Source: an uncultured virus (IMG/VR IMGVR_UViG_3300028800_002448)
Taxonomy: Duplodnaviria; Heunggongvirae; Uroviricota; Caudoviricetes
Direction: 5' to 3' (one strand)
Length of the DNA stretch: 56,710 nucleotides
Virus record (IMG/VR): IMGVR_UViG_3300028800_002448
Below are positions 8,938-18,833 of this stretch, piece after piece. The notes beneath the pieces were generated by a model. The model worked only from the letters and a program-made list of their open reading frames with translations, searched no databases and was not told the DNA's origin. Positions within the stretch are counted from its first letter, which is position 1, and every line of letters starts with the position of its first letter. A program made the translations under genes and the position numbers.

Positions 8938-9497
8938 CTGACGTCGTCGATCTTCATCTGTTCCGCCGCGTCATGGAGAGACTTCGGGAGCGGATGCAGC
9001 AACGGGCTGATCTCCGTCTCGGGCGAATCGGAGTCGACAGGCTCTGGCGCTCCTGCGGCGGGCGCCGAAGGCGCGGGAGGTGCAACGGTCGGGGTTCCGA
9101 TCGCGCCATGATGGTGATGATGGAGGACGAGGTGCATCGATCCGAGCGTCGACGTCGGCGAGGAGGCGGCAGCAGCAGAGGTGACGCTCTGGCTGCTCTT
9201 GAGCGACTGGATCTCTTCCTTGAGCTGGGAGATCTCGAAGCTCTGTTGGCCCAAGATCGTCATCACCTCGTTGAGAGGTGACGACAACGTCACGTAGCCG
9301 GCCTCGGACTCGGCATGCGCGCTCTTGATCTCGGCTGACGCCTCGACTTTGGCACGACGATAGGAGATCTCCTCGGTCACGATCGGCGCGAGGAGGCCGA
9401 AGAGGCCCAGGAGCGTCGCCAAGACTTTGTTCGTCTTGCTGTGACGCGCCCTCGTGACCTCGGTCGTGTCCTCATCCTCTGGAAAATGATCGGCCAT
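8934..9497 (-). CDS. Single-pass membrane protein with coiled coil
   Basis: TM VLATLLGLFGLLAPIV, heptad region, Pro-rich tail. Confidence 0.7.
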   Translation of the reverse strand: MADHFPEDEDTTEVTRARHSKTNKVLATLLGLFGLLAPIVTEEISYRRAKVEASAEIKSAHAESEAGYVTLSSPLNEVMTILGQQSFEISQLKEEIQSLKSSQSVTSAAAASSPTSTLGSMHLVLHHHHHGAIGTPTVAPPAPSAPAAGAPEPVDSDSPETEISPLLHPLPKSLHDAAEQMKIDDVR

Positions 9498-9512
9498 CAG
9501 ACGTCAACAGTA

Positions 9513-9902
9513 TCACGGGTCGAAGTCGTAATTCGAGGGAGGGTTTTCGACGCCGCATTGCCAGCAATCTTCAGGAACCTGGTGGTACTGATTGTATGCC
9601 GAGCATGATTTGCATGTGAACTGGTCGAAGCCGTCGACGACGAAGAGAGAGCCTGGCTCATAGGTTTCGTCGCCTCTCCAGACGAGGTACTCGATTTCAT
9701 CCGAAAAGATGTTTTTGAAGGGGTGAGAGATATGTGGTTGTTCGTCACCATGTCCCGAAGGGTTGATGCAGAAGACGGTCGTTGTGATCGCACCGCCTGC
9801 GCCGATGGCGTGCGTCAGCCGTTGACGACAAGGATCGATCTTCGGGCTGATGATCTGCCCGTCATGCACGTCTTGTTGGACGATGTCCGTCAGGCTGACC
9901 AT
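9513..9902 (-). CDS. Zn-ribbon hypothetical protein with N-terminal DVHDG tag
   Basis: MVSLTDIVQQDVHDGQII; CKSC...CWQC. Confidence 0.7.
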   Translation of the reverse strand: MVSLTDIVQQDVHDGQIISPKIDPCRQRLTHAIGAGGAITTTVFCINPSGHGDEQPHISHPFKNIFSDEIEYLVWRGDETYEPGSLFVVDGFDQFTCKSCSAYNQYHQVPEDCWQCGVENPPSNYDFDP

Positions 9903-10249
9903 GGATCTCCATCGGTGTCGCCCAGCTTCGCGACAAGCTCTTCCATCGTGTACTTGGCGTCATCCTGCTCTTCAAGCGAGTCGAGGTCGATGGCGTAGCT
10001 GAACGAGAAGCCGTTGTCGTCGAAGCCCCAGACGTACGACTCGTGCCTTCGCGTCTCAATGTTGTAGTAGGGGTTCGACACGTGCGCCGAATGCTCGTGA
10101 CCGAATTCGTTCTGGCACTCTATGGCCGCAAACGGCAGCCAGCGAGACGGAGCGCCAATGACGGTTGACGGAGTCTTCAAGCATAGACGTTTCGGTGTCT
10201 CACCGACGACTATCTCTTGCACGAGCGGCGCTTCGATCTCATTCAGCAT
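9890..10249 (-). CDS. Hypothetical protein
   Basis: Internal ATG MLNEIEAPLVQEIVV; fills gap between neighbours. Confidence 0.6.
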   Translation of the reverse strand: MLNEIEAPLVQEIVVGETPKRLCLKTPSTVIGAPSRWLPFAAIECQNEFGHEHSAHVSNPYYNIETRRHESYVWGFDDNGFSFSYAIDLDSLEEQDDAKYTMEELVAKLGDTDGDPWSA

Positions 10250-10833
10250 ACGACCCATTCTCCGTTGCGGAGGAAGCCGTGCCACTTGGACGTTTGAATC
10301 GAGCCGGCGCCCGCGTTGCATGTGGCGCCGCTTTTGTCGACCGTAACGTTCGGCGGGTCGCCATGACGGACCCAGCAACGATGCGTTCGATCTTCCCTCA
10401 TGGTGCAGTTGCTCGCGCGACTGTCGAGGTCCCATTCATCGCCAGTGGGAACGATGCCGTGCAGGTGAGGGCCCGTGCAGTTGTCCCACAGGTAGCACTT
10501 GCCCTCGTTGTTGAGGCATTCGACCTTGAAGAAGAGGTCGCCCGGTTCCGGATCGCCGGAGTCGGTGTCGTAGACCTTCCGCGTGTAGATGTTGGCGATG
10601 GCGTCGGCGGGGACGGCGGCGCCGCACTTGAGGCACGTCTGTGGCCATCTTTCGCGCGTGATGTCTTCGGTCTTGCCGCCGAGCATCTCGTCGTCTACGA
10701 CGCTCGACTGTGCGATCTGAACCTCTGCCCGGTGGTACAGGCCGATCGTGAGGTCGCAACCACGCCAGTAGGCGTTGAGGAAGGCCTTGGTGCCGATCTC
10801 CTTGATGAAGCGCGCCTTCACAGGATCGTCCAT
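10243..10833 (-). CDS. Cys/His-rich protein, DUF6527-like C-terminus
   Basis: WDLDSRASNC...HRCWVRHGDPPNVTV...GAGSI...WHGFLRNGEW. Confidence 0.6.
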   Translation of the reverse strand: MDDPVKARFIKEIGTKAFLNAYWRGCDLTIGLYHRAEVQIAQSSVVDDEMLGGKTEDITRERWPQTCLKCGAAVPADAIANIYTRKVYDTDSGDPEPGDLFFKVECLNNEGKCYLWDNCTGPHLHGIVPTGDEWDLDSRASNCTMREDRTHRCWVRHGDPPNVTVDKSGATCNAGAGSIQTSKWHGFLRNGEWVVC

Positions 10834-11107
10834 TCGACGGGGATGAGGATCGGCGCGTTGTTCATGGGAACGATCGTGGGAGGATTCCATCCCTCGCCCG
10901 GGATGGTGAACGTCCTCGGCATGATGATGTTCGGGCACTTCTCGGCTGAATGCTCGAAGACCATCCCGCACCCGCAGCGCACGACGGCGCCGCAGGTGCA
11001 GTAGGTCATCGAAGAGCTGCACGTGAGGCATCCTCCGGTCCACCGGCACACTGCAAGACAGTGTGCGCAGCGGCCGTCGGAGAGGATCTGCGGTGTCGTC
11101 GTGAGGT

Positions 11108-11464
11108 TCACTGGCAGGCGTCGATGGCGGCGCAGGTCGTCTGGGTGCTCCTGCATTTCAGGTCCCAGGAGACGATGCCAGAATCCTGCGTGTTCTGGCA
11201 AACGTCGACGCAGGTGCTCCCCTTCACGGTCTTGTTGGCGCCCGGACACTTGCGGTTCTTGAGGTTCGTGCAGACGGTCGTGCATGTGTAGCCGGCGTTG
11301 CTGGACGCGTCGACGGTCGGCGTCGGTGCAGGTGCCGGCGTCGTCGCGTCGACGGCGTCGGGCGTGGGCGGGTTCGGGTTCGGCAGCGGCTTCGGGCATC
11401 CCGCGATGCAGATGAGCAGGATGAGGCCGAGGCCTCCGATGAGGGTCTTGACGGTGGTGGACAT
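11108..11464 (-). CDS. Cys-rich lipoprotein
   Basis: Signal peptide with lipobox IAGC, Pro/Thr linker, CxxxC-repeat domain. Confidence 0.75.
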   Translation of the reverse strand: MSTTVKTLIGGLGLILLICIAGCPKPLPNPNPPTPDAVDATTPAPAPTPTVDASSNAGYTCTTVCTNLKNRKCPGANKTVKGSTCVDVCQNTQDSGIVSWDLKCRSTQTTCAAIDACQ

Positions 11465-11474
11465 GAGGATCTCC

Positions 11475-12311
11475 TTACGAGGTCGCTGCGAAGAGGGGGG
11501 CATACTCGCAGATCCAGAGGTCGTTCGTCGCGCTCCAAGCGACGTAGTCGCTCGAAAACTCGACCCAGCCTCCGCTGCCGAAGGACGAGCCCCACGAGTT
11601 GACGACGCCGAAGGTCACGATGCCCGAGGCGCTCGTGTCGTACTCGGCGAGGCACATGCAGTGGCCGCCAGCGATCGGGAGGCCGACGGGCGGAGCGATC
11701 GGTCCCGAGCCGAGGTCGCCCTCGCAGAAGTTCTCGGAGACGTCCGTCCCGAAGACGACGACGTAGCCGGCGGCGATGGCACGCTGGACGTCGGCGACGC
11801 GCGTGGAGTCGTTGTCGTCGAGCCTGAAGTAGGAGACGACGTTGCCGGTGGCGCGCTGGTCGTACGCGCCGTTGAAGGCCTCCGTCGACGGCATGGTCCT
11901 GAACGGCGCGTTCGAGCTGGTGCGCTCGTCGCTGTACGGCCAGAGCGACTCGGGCGGAAAGCCGAGGCGCGAGATGCCGGCGAAGACGTTGCGGATCTGC
12001 GCGCCGTCGTCGTTCGCGGTGTCGTGGCTGAGGGCCCGACCCATGTAGTAGGCCCACAGGCGGCTGCCGAGCGGCGGAGCCTTGGCTCCTTGACGAACCT
12101 GCGACGCTCGGATGCCCTGCATCGAGCCGTTTCCGGTGCAGGAGCCGAGCTGGCCCTGGTCGAGGATGTCGAGGATGTAGGGCCTCGCCGAAGCGCTCTT
12201 GGGCGGCGGCGCGAGGCCGAGCTTCGGACGCGCCGACAGGTCGGCCTTCATGCCCGGCCGTATGAGGGCATCCTTCTTCCAGCCGAGGCCGCGACCTGCG
12301 TGGGAGGGCAT
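11475..12311 (-). CDS. Papain-family (C1A) cysteine peptidase
   Basis: DQGQLGSCTG (oxyanion Q, catalytic C), GGHCM (His), NSWGSSFG (Asn). Confidence 0.93.
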   Translation of the reverse strand: MPSHAGRGLGWKKDALIRPGMKADLSARPKLGLAPPPKSASARPYILDILDQGQLGSCTGNGSMQGIRASQVRQGAKAPPLGSRLWAYYMGRALSHDTANDDGAQIRNVFAGISRLGFPPESLWPYSDERTSSNAPFRTMPSTEAFNGAYDQRATGNVVSYFRLDDNDSTRVADVQRAIAAGYVVVFGTDVSENFCEGDLGSGPIAPPVGLPIAGGHCMCLAEYDTSASGIVTFGVVNSWGSSFGSGGWVEFSSDYVAWSATNDLWICEYAPLFAATS

Positions 12312-12315
12312 GGTC

Positions 12316-12762
12316 TTAGACCTTCCCCGAGAAGATCATGGGCTCGGGCACGATGAGCGTGCGAGTGCCGGCGCTGTAGTCGGCCTTCATGCTCTTGCCC
12401 GTCATCTTCACGCCGATGCCGAGGCTGCCGCAGAGGGAGACGAGGTCCGTGTATGCGTTCCGGATGTCGACGAAGGCCGCGTCGATCTGACCCTGGTCCA
12501 TCTTGTCGACGCCGTTGGCGATGGCCTGAGCCGCGACGAGGGCCGTACGAAGCTTGGCGATTGCGTCAGCGACCTTCTGCTGGTTGGTCGTGTTCGGGTT
12601 CAGCTGGAAGTAGAGGTTCACGAAGGACTCGATCTGATTGACGATGAGCGAGCTGCTCTGGATGGCGGCGATGATGGCCGGAAGCGAGGCCATGACGGCT
12701 GCGCAGCCGTAGCCTCCGAGGACCGTGAGGGCGATGAGCAAGGAGGCGATGAAGTTCTGCAT
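12316..12762 (-). CDS. Lipoprotein, helical
   Basis: Hydrophobic N-terminus with lipobox GYGC, amphipathic helices. Confidence 0.7.
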   Translation of the reverse strand: MQNFIASLLIALTVLGGYGCAAVMASLPAIIAAIQSSSLIVNQIESFVNLYFQLNPNTTNQQKVADAIAKLRTALVAAQAIANGVDKMDQGQIDAAFVDIRNAYTDLVSLCGSLGIGVKMTGKSMKADYSAGTRTLIVPEPMIFSGKV

Positions 12763-12778
12763 GGTGGTCGAATCCTTT

Positions 12779-12988
12779 TCAGTTGTTGAGGTGAGGCGGA
12801 ACGTTCGAAGAGCAGACGGGACAGAAGCCGCTTTCGTCGTCGCGATGGCGCATGAACCAGCGACCGCACTTGCAGGTGCCCTCGATGAACCCGGCCTTCT
12901 TGAAGGTCTCGATCATCCGGTCCTTCTGGCGACCGTCGCCGATCTCCTCGACGGAGAGCGACCTGAGGGTTTCCTTCTTGTCGCTCAT
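12779..12988 (-). CDS. Small Zn-finger protein
   Basis: MSDKKETLRSLSVEEIGDG...CKCG...CPVC; coupled to lysozyme stop. Confidence 0.6.
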   Translation of the reverse strand: MSDKKETLRSLSVEEIGDGRQKDRMIETFKKAGFIEGTCKCGRWFMRHRDDESGFCPVCSSNVPPHLNN

Positions 12989-13665
12989 GACACGAGCGGG
13001 GCTCCAGCCGGCGGAACGGTCGCGGGGGCCGGGGTCACGAGCTTCGCGTAGGCGGCGAGCGCGTCCTCGTCGCCGTTGAAGTAGTTGGCGTCGAACGTGC
13101 CCGGGACGCCTTTGAAGGACTGGTTCTCCGAGAACTGCCAGAACGTCCAGGCCTTCCAGGGGGAAGGCAGGTCGGGCTCGACGATGCCGTAGCGAGGAGC
13201 CCACAGGTGAACGTCAGGCGCGAGGGTCCAGACGGGGTTGCCGATCTGCTGCCAGATCCGGCTGGACGTGTAGAGCATGGCCGGCCTGTCAGAGCAGATG
13301 CCACCCATGAGCTTCGTGTAGAACTTGCCGATGAAGGCGAGGTCGACGGTGGGCTTTCCGGTGGCGTCGTCCTCGAAGTCCATGCAGAGGCGCTCGTTGG
13401 GCAGAAGCTGCCCGACGGTGTCCATGAGGAAGTTGGCCTGGCCCTCGGGGTCGCCCGGACGCGCGAAGTGGTAGTAGACGCAGAGCTTGAACGGCATGGA
13501 TCTGACGCCCGATCGATGGTCCTTGAACTTCGGGTCCTTGAAGGACTTGCCCTCGGTCGTCTTGATGCCGACGAAGGAGATCCCAGCCGACATGCCTGCG
13601 CCAAAGTCGGTGAGGGGATGGAAGTGAGAAACGTCTAGACCTAGAGCCCTTGTGCCAGCGCTCAT
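12985..13665 (-). CDS. GH25 muramidase (endolysin)
   Basis: GLDVSHF, IKTTEG, YYHFA, catalytic DFE (DxE), LYTS, FWQFS, FDANYF. Confidence 0.95.
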   Translation of the reverse strand: MSAGTRALGLDVSHFHPLTDFGAGMSAGISFVGIKTTEGKSFKDPKFKDHRSGVRSMPFKLCVYYHFARPGDPEGQANFLMDTVGQLLPNERLCMDFEDDATGKPTVDLAFIGKFYTKLMGGICSDRPAMLYTSSRIWQQIGNPVWTLAPDVHLWAPRYGIVEPDLPSPWKAWTFWQFSENQSFKGVPGTFDANYFNGDEDALAAYAKLVTPAPATVPPAGAPLVS

Positions 13666-13907
13666 TTGCTGCCTTGGGGGCTCGCGGAGCGGCGGAGGGT
13701 CTATTCATCGATTTCGCGTGCCCCGTAGGGCAGGCATTTACATAGGGATGATACCATAGGTCGAGGGCGGCCATGGAAGGAGATAAGCTCTTCTGGATAT
13801 TGGTGATTGTGGCGGGCTCCTACGTATTCATCGAGGTTCTGGAGAGGCTCGGAATCCGTAAGAAAGATTGATATCGGCGAATTGTTTCTCCCGCCATGGA
13901 GCGTTTT

Positions 13908-13947
13908 TATCTTGCGTAAGATACAAAATACTCCTAGGATAGCTTGC
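13908..13947 (+). promoter_or_regulatory. Sigma70-type promoter with dyad, leaderless
   Basis: TTGCGT(13912)-17-TAGGAT(13935), 7 nt to ATG 13948; TATCTT-GCGT-AAGATA. Confidence 0.8.
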
Positions 13948-14205
13948 ATGGCGAACAACAAGACCCTCCCCGAGAACATCCTCCCCCTCTTCATCGACCT
14001 CCACCTGCCGCGGGCCCGCGAGCGTCTCTCCGAGAAGATCTTGGAGATGCAGACGCAGCTGTCTTACGTGGCGAACGACATCAGCCGTCACGGCATCTCG
14101 ACGAAGCTGAACCCGCTGGCGAACATCCTCGTGGAGATCCACACGCTCCACGAGAAGGTCGCCTTGCTGACCGAGGTCCAGAAGCTCACTCAGCCGGGCG
14201 CCTGA
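13948..14205 (+). CDS. Hypothetical helical protein
   Basis: MANNKTLPE..., first gene after promoter. Confidence 0.7.
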   Translation: MANNKTLPENILPLFIDLHLPRARERLSEKILEMQTQLSYVANDISRHGISTKLNPLANILVEIHTLHEKVALLTEVQKLTQPGA

Positions 14206-14221
14206 GGTATCCTCGTCAGCC

Positions 14222-15463
14222 ATGGGCGACACGTTCGAAGACCTCTTCCAGAAGGCGCTCGCGGCCGTGCAGGCGGCCGAAGCCGGCACGCTGAAGCTCG
14301 ACGTCCGCGGGACTTGTCAGGCGTGCTTCCGCCAGTTCGTCGTCAAACGGACGACGGGCTCGTCGAAGTACACGAGCGTGCCCGGCAACGAGGTCGGGAA
14401 GATCGGGATGGTCCTGCACGGCTTCCAACGACCCGGCTACGGGTACCTCGAAGGCATGTGCTGGGGAGCAGGCCGGCCGCCCTACGAGCTTTCCTGCGAG
14501 CTGACGAAGGCTTGGTACAAGAACCTCGTGGAGGTGAAGATGCCGAGCCTTCGCGACTTCCTCGAAAGGCTCGTGACCGGCCGTCACAAGTCTTTCACGG
14601 TCGCCTTGAGGCGCGCCGAAGCGAGGGAGATGGGGTTCTCCGAGGATTCTCTCGTGCCGCCGACGGTCATCGCCGTCGAGGGAGATCCTCTGCCGCCGAT
14701 CTTGCAGAAGCGGGCGCTCTCCGATCAGCCGAACTTCGATTCGCTGCGCAAGCGCAAGATCATGGACGTCGAGCTTGAGATCGAAGGTCTCAGGAAGTTC
14801 ATCAAGTTCCTGCTCGACAAGATCAACGACTGGCGCTACGCGCCGGACAAGTTCATCCAGAGGAAGACGCACCCGTCCGAGCTTTCAGGGAAGGCCTGGT
14901 TCGACCATCCGGGCGTGAGGAAGCTCATGCATGAGCTGCCGGCACCCGAGGCGCTCGGGCCGAAGCCGGCGAAGAGCTTCTTCGACTGGGCGATGGCTTT
15001 TCCGAACACGCTCGCCTGGACGTCGATGGGCGGTCGAGGACGGACACCGTCTTACTACAAGGCGGTTCGGAAGGCCTTCGACAAGATGCCGGCAGTCCAG
15101 AAGGCGGGGCTCGCGCAGGACGTGAAGGCCAAGCCTGAAGTTCCACCGGAGCGGCAGGCGAAGGAGGACCACGTGGCGGCGGTGTTCAAGACGCTCATCG
15201 AGGATCCTAAGCTCGTGGCTTACCTGAAGAGCGTCCACAAGGACTCGGAGAGGTTCAGCCATTCAGTCGCCTACGGGCGCTCGGGCAAGCCGACGGTCGC
15301 CGGAGAGGCCACGCTCCACGACGAGTTCCTGCGTCGGTTCAAGAAGGCGGGCGAGGGCGACACGCACGGGAACAGGATGTTCTCGCTCAAGCGCGTGACG
15401 GGCGACCTGAAGGACCTGGCGCGAGACCGCCAGATCAAGATCAAGCTGCCGAAGGCGGGCTAG
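14222..15463 (+). CDS. Phage hypothetical protein with Zn-binding motif
   Basis: 413 aa; GTCQAC...HGFQRPGYG...CWG motif. Confidence 0.8.
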   Translation: MGDTFEDLFQKALAAVQAAEAGTLKLDVRGTCQACFRQFVVKRTTGSSKYTSVPGNEVGKIGMVLHGFQRPGYGYLEGMCWGAGRPPYELSCELTKAWYKNLVEVKMPSLRDFLERLVTGRHKSFTVALRRAEAREMGFSEDSLVPPTVIAVEGDPLPPILQKRALSDQPNFDSLRKRKIMDVELEIEGLRKFIKFLLDKINDWRYAPDKFIQRKTHPSELSGKAWFDHPGVRKLMHELPAPEALGPKPAKSFFDWAMAFPNTLAWTSMGGRGRTPSYYKAVRKAFDKMPAVQKAGLAQDVKAKPEVPPERQAKEDHVAAVFKTLIEDPKLVAYLKSVHKDSERFSHSVAYGRSGKPTVAGEATLHDEFLRRFKKAGEGDTHGNRMFSLKRVTGDLKDLARDRQIKIKLPKAG

Positions 15464-15512
15464 AAGAGCCTTCTGACGCATCGTGGGGTGATCTCACGTT
15501 CGACGTCGTTTT

Positions 15513-15552
15513 TATCTTGAGTAAGATACAAAATAGAACGAGGATAGCCCTC
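15513..15552 (+). promoter_or_regulatory. Sigma70-type promoter with dyad, leaderless
   Basis: TTGAGT(15517)-17-GAGGAT(15540), 7 nt to ATG 15553; TATCTT-GAGT-AAGATA. Confidence 0.8.
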
Positions 15553-15879
15553 ATGGAGACAACGAACACAGAAGGTCGTCGGAACCCGTACTTCCGCCCG
15601 GACCTCACTCCGATCGAGCGACTGCGCGAGTACGGCCGTCTGCGCTCGGCAGGCGTTCCGATCCCGTCGACGGACTTCAGCGTCGGCGACCGTGTTCGCG
15701 CCGTGGCCTCGGAGCAGGGCTTGGAGTCCGGCGTCGAGTACGAGGTCACCGCGATCGTCGCGAACCCGGCCGGTCGTCTGCACGAGGTCATGAAGGTGGT
15801 CCCCAGGGGCTCGCGCACGCACTTCGTGCGGGTGAACAACAGCGATGCCGTCCTGGAACGAGCGAATCTGTCGCAATGA
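15553..15879 (+). CDS. Hypothetical SH3/KOW-like protein
   Basis: FSVGDRVR...LESGVEYEV pattern. Confidence 0.65.
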   Translation: METTNTEGRRNPYFRPDLTPIERLREYGRLRSAGVPIPSTDFSVGDRVRAVASEQGLESGVEYEVTAIVANPAGRLHEVMKVVPRGSRTHFVRVNNSDAVLERANLSQ

Positions 15880-16145
15880 CCAAGATCCAAGCAGAAGCGG
15901 TCGCGAGGCAGTACGTGCTCGCGATCAACGTCCACTACCAGGCCGAGCTGGAGGAGCTACAGAGGCTCCAGGCCGAGGCCGAGGCGCGCGTACAGACGTG
16001 GCTCGACAGCAAGGCCTACCGCAAGAAGCACAACGAACGGCCCTTCTTGGCCTCATACCGCATGCTTCGCGACCTCGGGTTCGACATGCTCCGGAGGCTC
16101 AGGCAGCAGGACCAGATCTCTACCACGGAGAAGACACCACGATGA
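15876..16145 (+). CDS. Hypothetical helical protein
   Basis: ATGA-coupled ORF. Confidence 0.65.
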   Translation: MTKIQAEAVARQYVLAINVHYQAELEELQRLQAEAEARVQTWLDSKAYRKKHNERPFLASYRMLRDLGFDMLRRLRQQDQISTTEKTPR

Positions 16146-16828
16146 ACGCGGAAATGCGGAGGATCAACGTCACGAACGGCATCATCAAGGTGCTCGAAGA
16201 GCGCGGCCACAAGTGCAGCTCGTCTTCCGACAGGAGGAAGAAGGGTCTCGAACTCGTCGACGGCTACCTGACCTGGTACGAGTGCGTGGAGGACCAGTTC
16301 AAGCAGGGCTACAGGGTCGTCGTGGGGACGGGGCGGCTGCGCATCAAGATCTGCGGCATCGGCGACACGCAGCAGTTCCCGGAGCCAAAGGTCGGCTTCG
16401 ACGTCATCAAGATCGCGACGGCCATCGAAGAGTTCGTCGAGAGGAACAAGAGACGGGAAGACGGGAGGCTCGCCAAGGAGCGAGCGATCAACGTCAACGA
16501 CCCGCTCGCGAAGAAGCTCAACAAAGAGATCGAGGAGTCGGGGGTCCACGATCGTCCGTACGTTCGCCTCGACAGCAACGGCCAGCTCTGCATCGAGATG
16601 AAGGTGCAGGTCAACGAGCGTCAGGCTCGCAAGATCTTGACGGCGATCACGAGCGCTCTGAAGGAGACCATGCGAGTTCGCTGCGTGACGAACGACGGGT
16701 ATCCGACGCTCCTCACGGTCGGGAAGATCTACGACATCGTCTCTCAGTCGAACGGCATGAAGATCGGCGTGTTCGACGATGCGGGAGAGCACCACTACTT
16801 CCCGGACTCCTACTTCGAAGACTGCTGA
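16142..16828 (+). CDS. Hypothetical protein, C-terminal SH3-like domain
   Basis: ATG 16142 coupled; VRCV...LTVGKIYDI...DDAG...YFPDSYFE. Confidence 0.7.
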   Translation: MNAEMRRINVTNGIIKVLEERGHKCSSSSDRRKKGLELVDGYLTWYECVEDQFKQGYRVVVGTGRLRIKICGIGDTQQFPEPKVGFDVIKIATAIEEFVERNKRREDGRLAKERAINVNDPLAKKLNKEIEESGVHDRPYVRLDSNGQLCIEMKVQVNERQARKILTAITSALKETMRVRCVTNDGYPTLLTVGKIYDIVSQSNGMKIGVFDDAGEHHYFPDSYFEDC

Positions 16829-16839
16829 AAGGGAACTCG

Positions 16840-18552
16840 ATGATCCTCACGATCGAAAAAGACATGGCGGCGGCCGTCGGCTTCAAGAAGCTGGCACCCT
16901 TCGGCCTCGACGAGAACAACTTCTCCTGGCGCGGGAAGATGTACCTCAACCTAGCCGAGCTGGACGACGACAAGCTCGGCAAGCTCAAGAAGGTCTTCGA
17001 GGCTTCGAAGGACGTCGACGGCGCCGGAGCGATGTCGCGCGACGTCTCGACATGGATGTCGGCCAAGTCGAACGTCGCCGGCACGAAGCCTCGAACGGTC
17101 AAGCAGTACGAGACCATCCTCCAGCACTACCTCCTCGGCGTCGACGGCCATCGCCTCTACGAGAAGGAGGATGAGGTTTGGCTGCCCTACTACGTCAGCC
17201 AGGTCAAGTTCCATGATGCAGACGAGCGTCGTCAGCAGACGCCGCACGTCACCATGACGCTCGTCTACGAGGACTTCGGAGGGAGGCAGAGCACGACTCA
17301 ATCCTTCCACTTCGAGGACATCCGCGGCAAGACGGTCGTCGAGTCTCTCCTCGCGAAGGGGTACGTCGCCGAGACACCCATGCTGCGCAAAGAGCATCAG
17401 GCGCAGGCGACAAGGTTCACGCAGATCTGCAACGGCATCGGAGTGCAGTTCAATGCGAAGGGCTTCGCGACGGACAACGTCGACGGCAACCCGGACTCGG
17501 CAGATCGCTACTCGCACGACAGGTTCATGATGGTCCGCGAGGGCGTACCATCGCGCGTCGTCATGGACGTCTTCTACGAATCGGACACGCACGAGTCTGG
17601 TCGAGGCGTCGTCGTCGATCCGACCTATTGGGATCGAGTCAGGAAAGGTCCCAAGAAAGGAGAGGACATCGAGGACGTCGACATCAGCGACGAGGGTGGG
17701 GCTCACGCACAGCCGGAGATCCCCCTGCATCCGTACTGCGCCGTCTTCGACCTCGGGCGACATCTGAGGCTGCGGACGCACGTCATGAACCTGACCGAGT
17801 ACGTCTACGACGACCACCTCTCCGACAAGCTCATCCTCGACGAGACGATGAAGAAGCTCGTGGAGCTGCTCGTGGACCATCATGACGGCGGTTTCAAGGA
17901 CATCGTCGCCGGGAAGGGCGGCGGCGCCGTGGTGCTCCTCGGGGGTCCTCCCGGCGTCGGCAAGACGCTCACGGCCGAGGTCTACGCCGAGAGCAAGCAC
18001 ATGCCGCTCTACAACGTGCAGTGCTCGCAGCTCGGGACGGACGCCGTCGTGCTCGAAGCGCGGTTGCTCAAGGTCTTCCGTCGCGCCAAGCGCTGGAACG
18101 CGATCGTGCTGCTGGACGAGGCCGACGTCTACGTCCGCGGACGAGGCACGGACCTCGACCAGAACGCGATCGTCGGCGTCTTCCTGCGCGTGCTCGAATA
18201 CCAAGGGAGCGTGCTCTTCTTGGCGACGAACATGCCGGAGGAGGTCGACGACGCCATCGCCTCTCGATGCATCGCGAGGCTCGACTACCAGCGGCCGGAC
18301 GAGATTCTCGAAGCGAAGATTTGGCGCGTGCTCGCGGACACGGCGGGTGCCAAGATCTCTGACGAGACCATCTCACATCTTGTGCTTCAAACTCGAAGTG
18401 GCGCTAGAGGTGCAGGCGTACAGGGTCGCAGCGGACGCGACGTCAAGAACCTGCTCAAGCTGGCCATGCTCGTGACGAAGGGCAAGGAGATCAAGCTCGA
18501 CACGGTGAAGTTCGTCGAGCGTTTCCAGCCTTGGAGGAAAGCTGAAAAGTGA
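16840..18552 (+). CDS. AAA+ ATPase
   Basis: Walker A GPPGVGKT, Walker B VLLDEAD, FLATN sensor, DAIASR arginine finger; start at ATG 16840 after previous stop. Confidence 0.93.
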   Translation: MILTIEKDMAAAVGFKKLAPFGLDENNFSWRGKMYLNLAELDDDKLGKLKKVFEASKDVDGAGAMSRDVSTWMSAKSNVAGTKPRTVKQYETILQHYLLGVDGHRLYEKEDEVWLPYYVSQVKFHDADERRQQTPHVTMTLVYEDFGGRQSTTQSFHFEDIRGKTVVESLLAKGYVAETPMLRKEHQAQATRFTQICNGIGVQFNAKGFATDNVDGNPDSADRYSHDRFMMVREGVPSRVVMDVFYESDTHESGRGVVVDPTYWDRVRKGPKKGEDIEDVDISDEGGAHAQPEIPLHPYCAVFDLGRHLRLRTHVMNLTEYVYDDHLSDKLILDETMKKLVELLVDHHDGGFKDIVAGKGGGAVVLLGGPPGVGKTLTAEVYAESKHMPLYNVQCSQLGTDAVVLEARLLKVFRRAKRWNAIVLLDEADVYVRGRGTDLDQNAIVGVFLRVLEYQGSVLFLATNMPEEVDDAIASRCIARLDYQRPDEILEAKIWRVLADTAGAKISDETISHLVLQTRSGARGAGVQGRSGRDVKNLLKLAMLVTKGKEIKLDTVKFVERFQPWRKAEK

Positions 18553-18833
18553 AAACGTCTTACGAAGAGCGAAAGTCGGCACAGGAAGAGCACGACTTTC
18601 AGGCTCGGGCACGTGCCATCTCCGTGATGAGGGGCCTGGAGAGGATCGAGAGGCTGATCGACGAAGGTAGAGAGGAAGAAGCGATCCAGGCCGCGAGGGA
18701 CTTGAAGGCAGAAGGTTTCATACCTGCCATCCCCAGCAGGGACGCGGCCGAGGCTGTCAAACGTTGGGTCTCACTCGCGTCCGAGAAGCTGCTCCCGATC
18801 ATGAAGAAGCACGGGCTCGTTCGTGACTGCTGA
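18549..18833 (+). CDS. Hypothetical protein
   Basis: GTGA-coupled ORF. Confidence 0.55.
   Translation: MKTSYEERKSAQEEHDFQARARAISVMRGLERIERLIDEGREEEAIQAARDLKAEGFIPAIPSRDAAEAVKRWVSLASEKLLPIMKKHGLVRDC

Noticed and set aside
16213..16839. N-terminal 209 aa of the 779-aa ORF-track AAA protein
   Set aside because: Arg-rich out-of-frame overlap with the real gene 16142-16828; true start is ATG 16840
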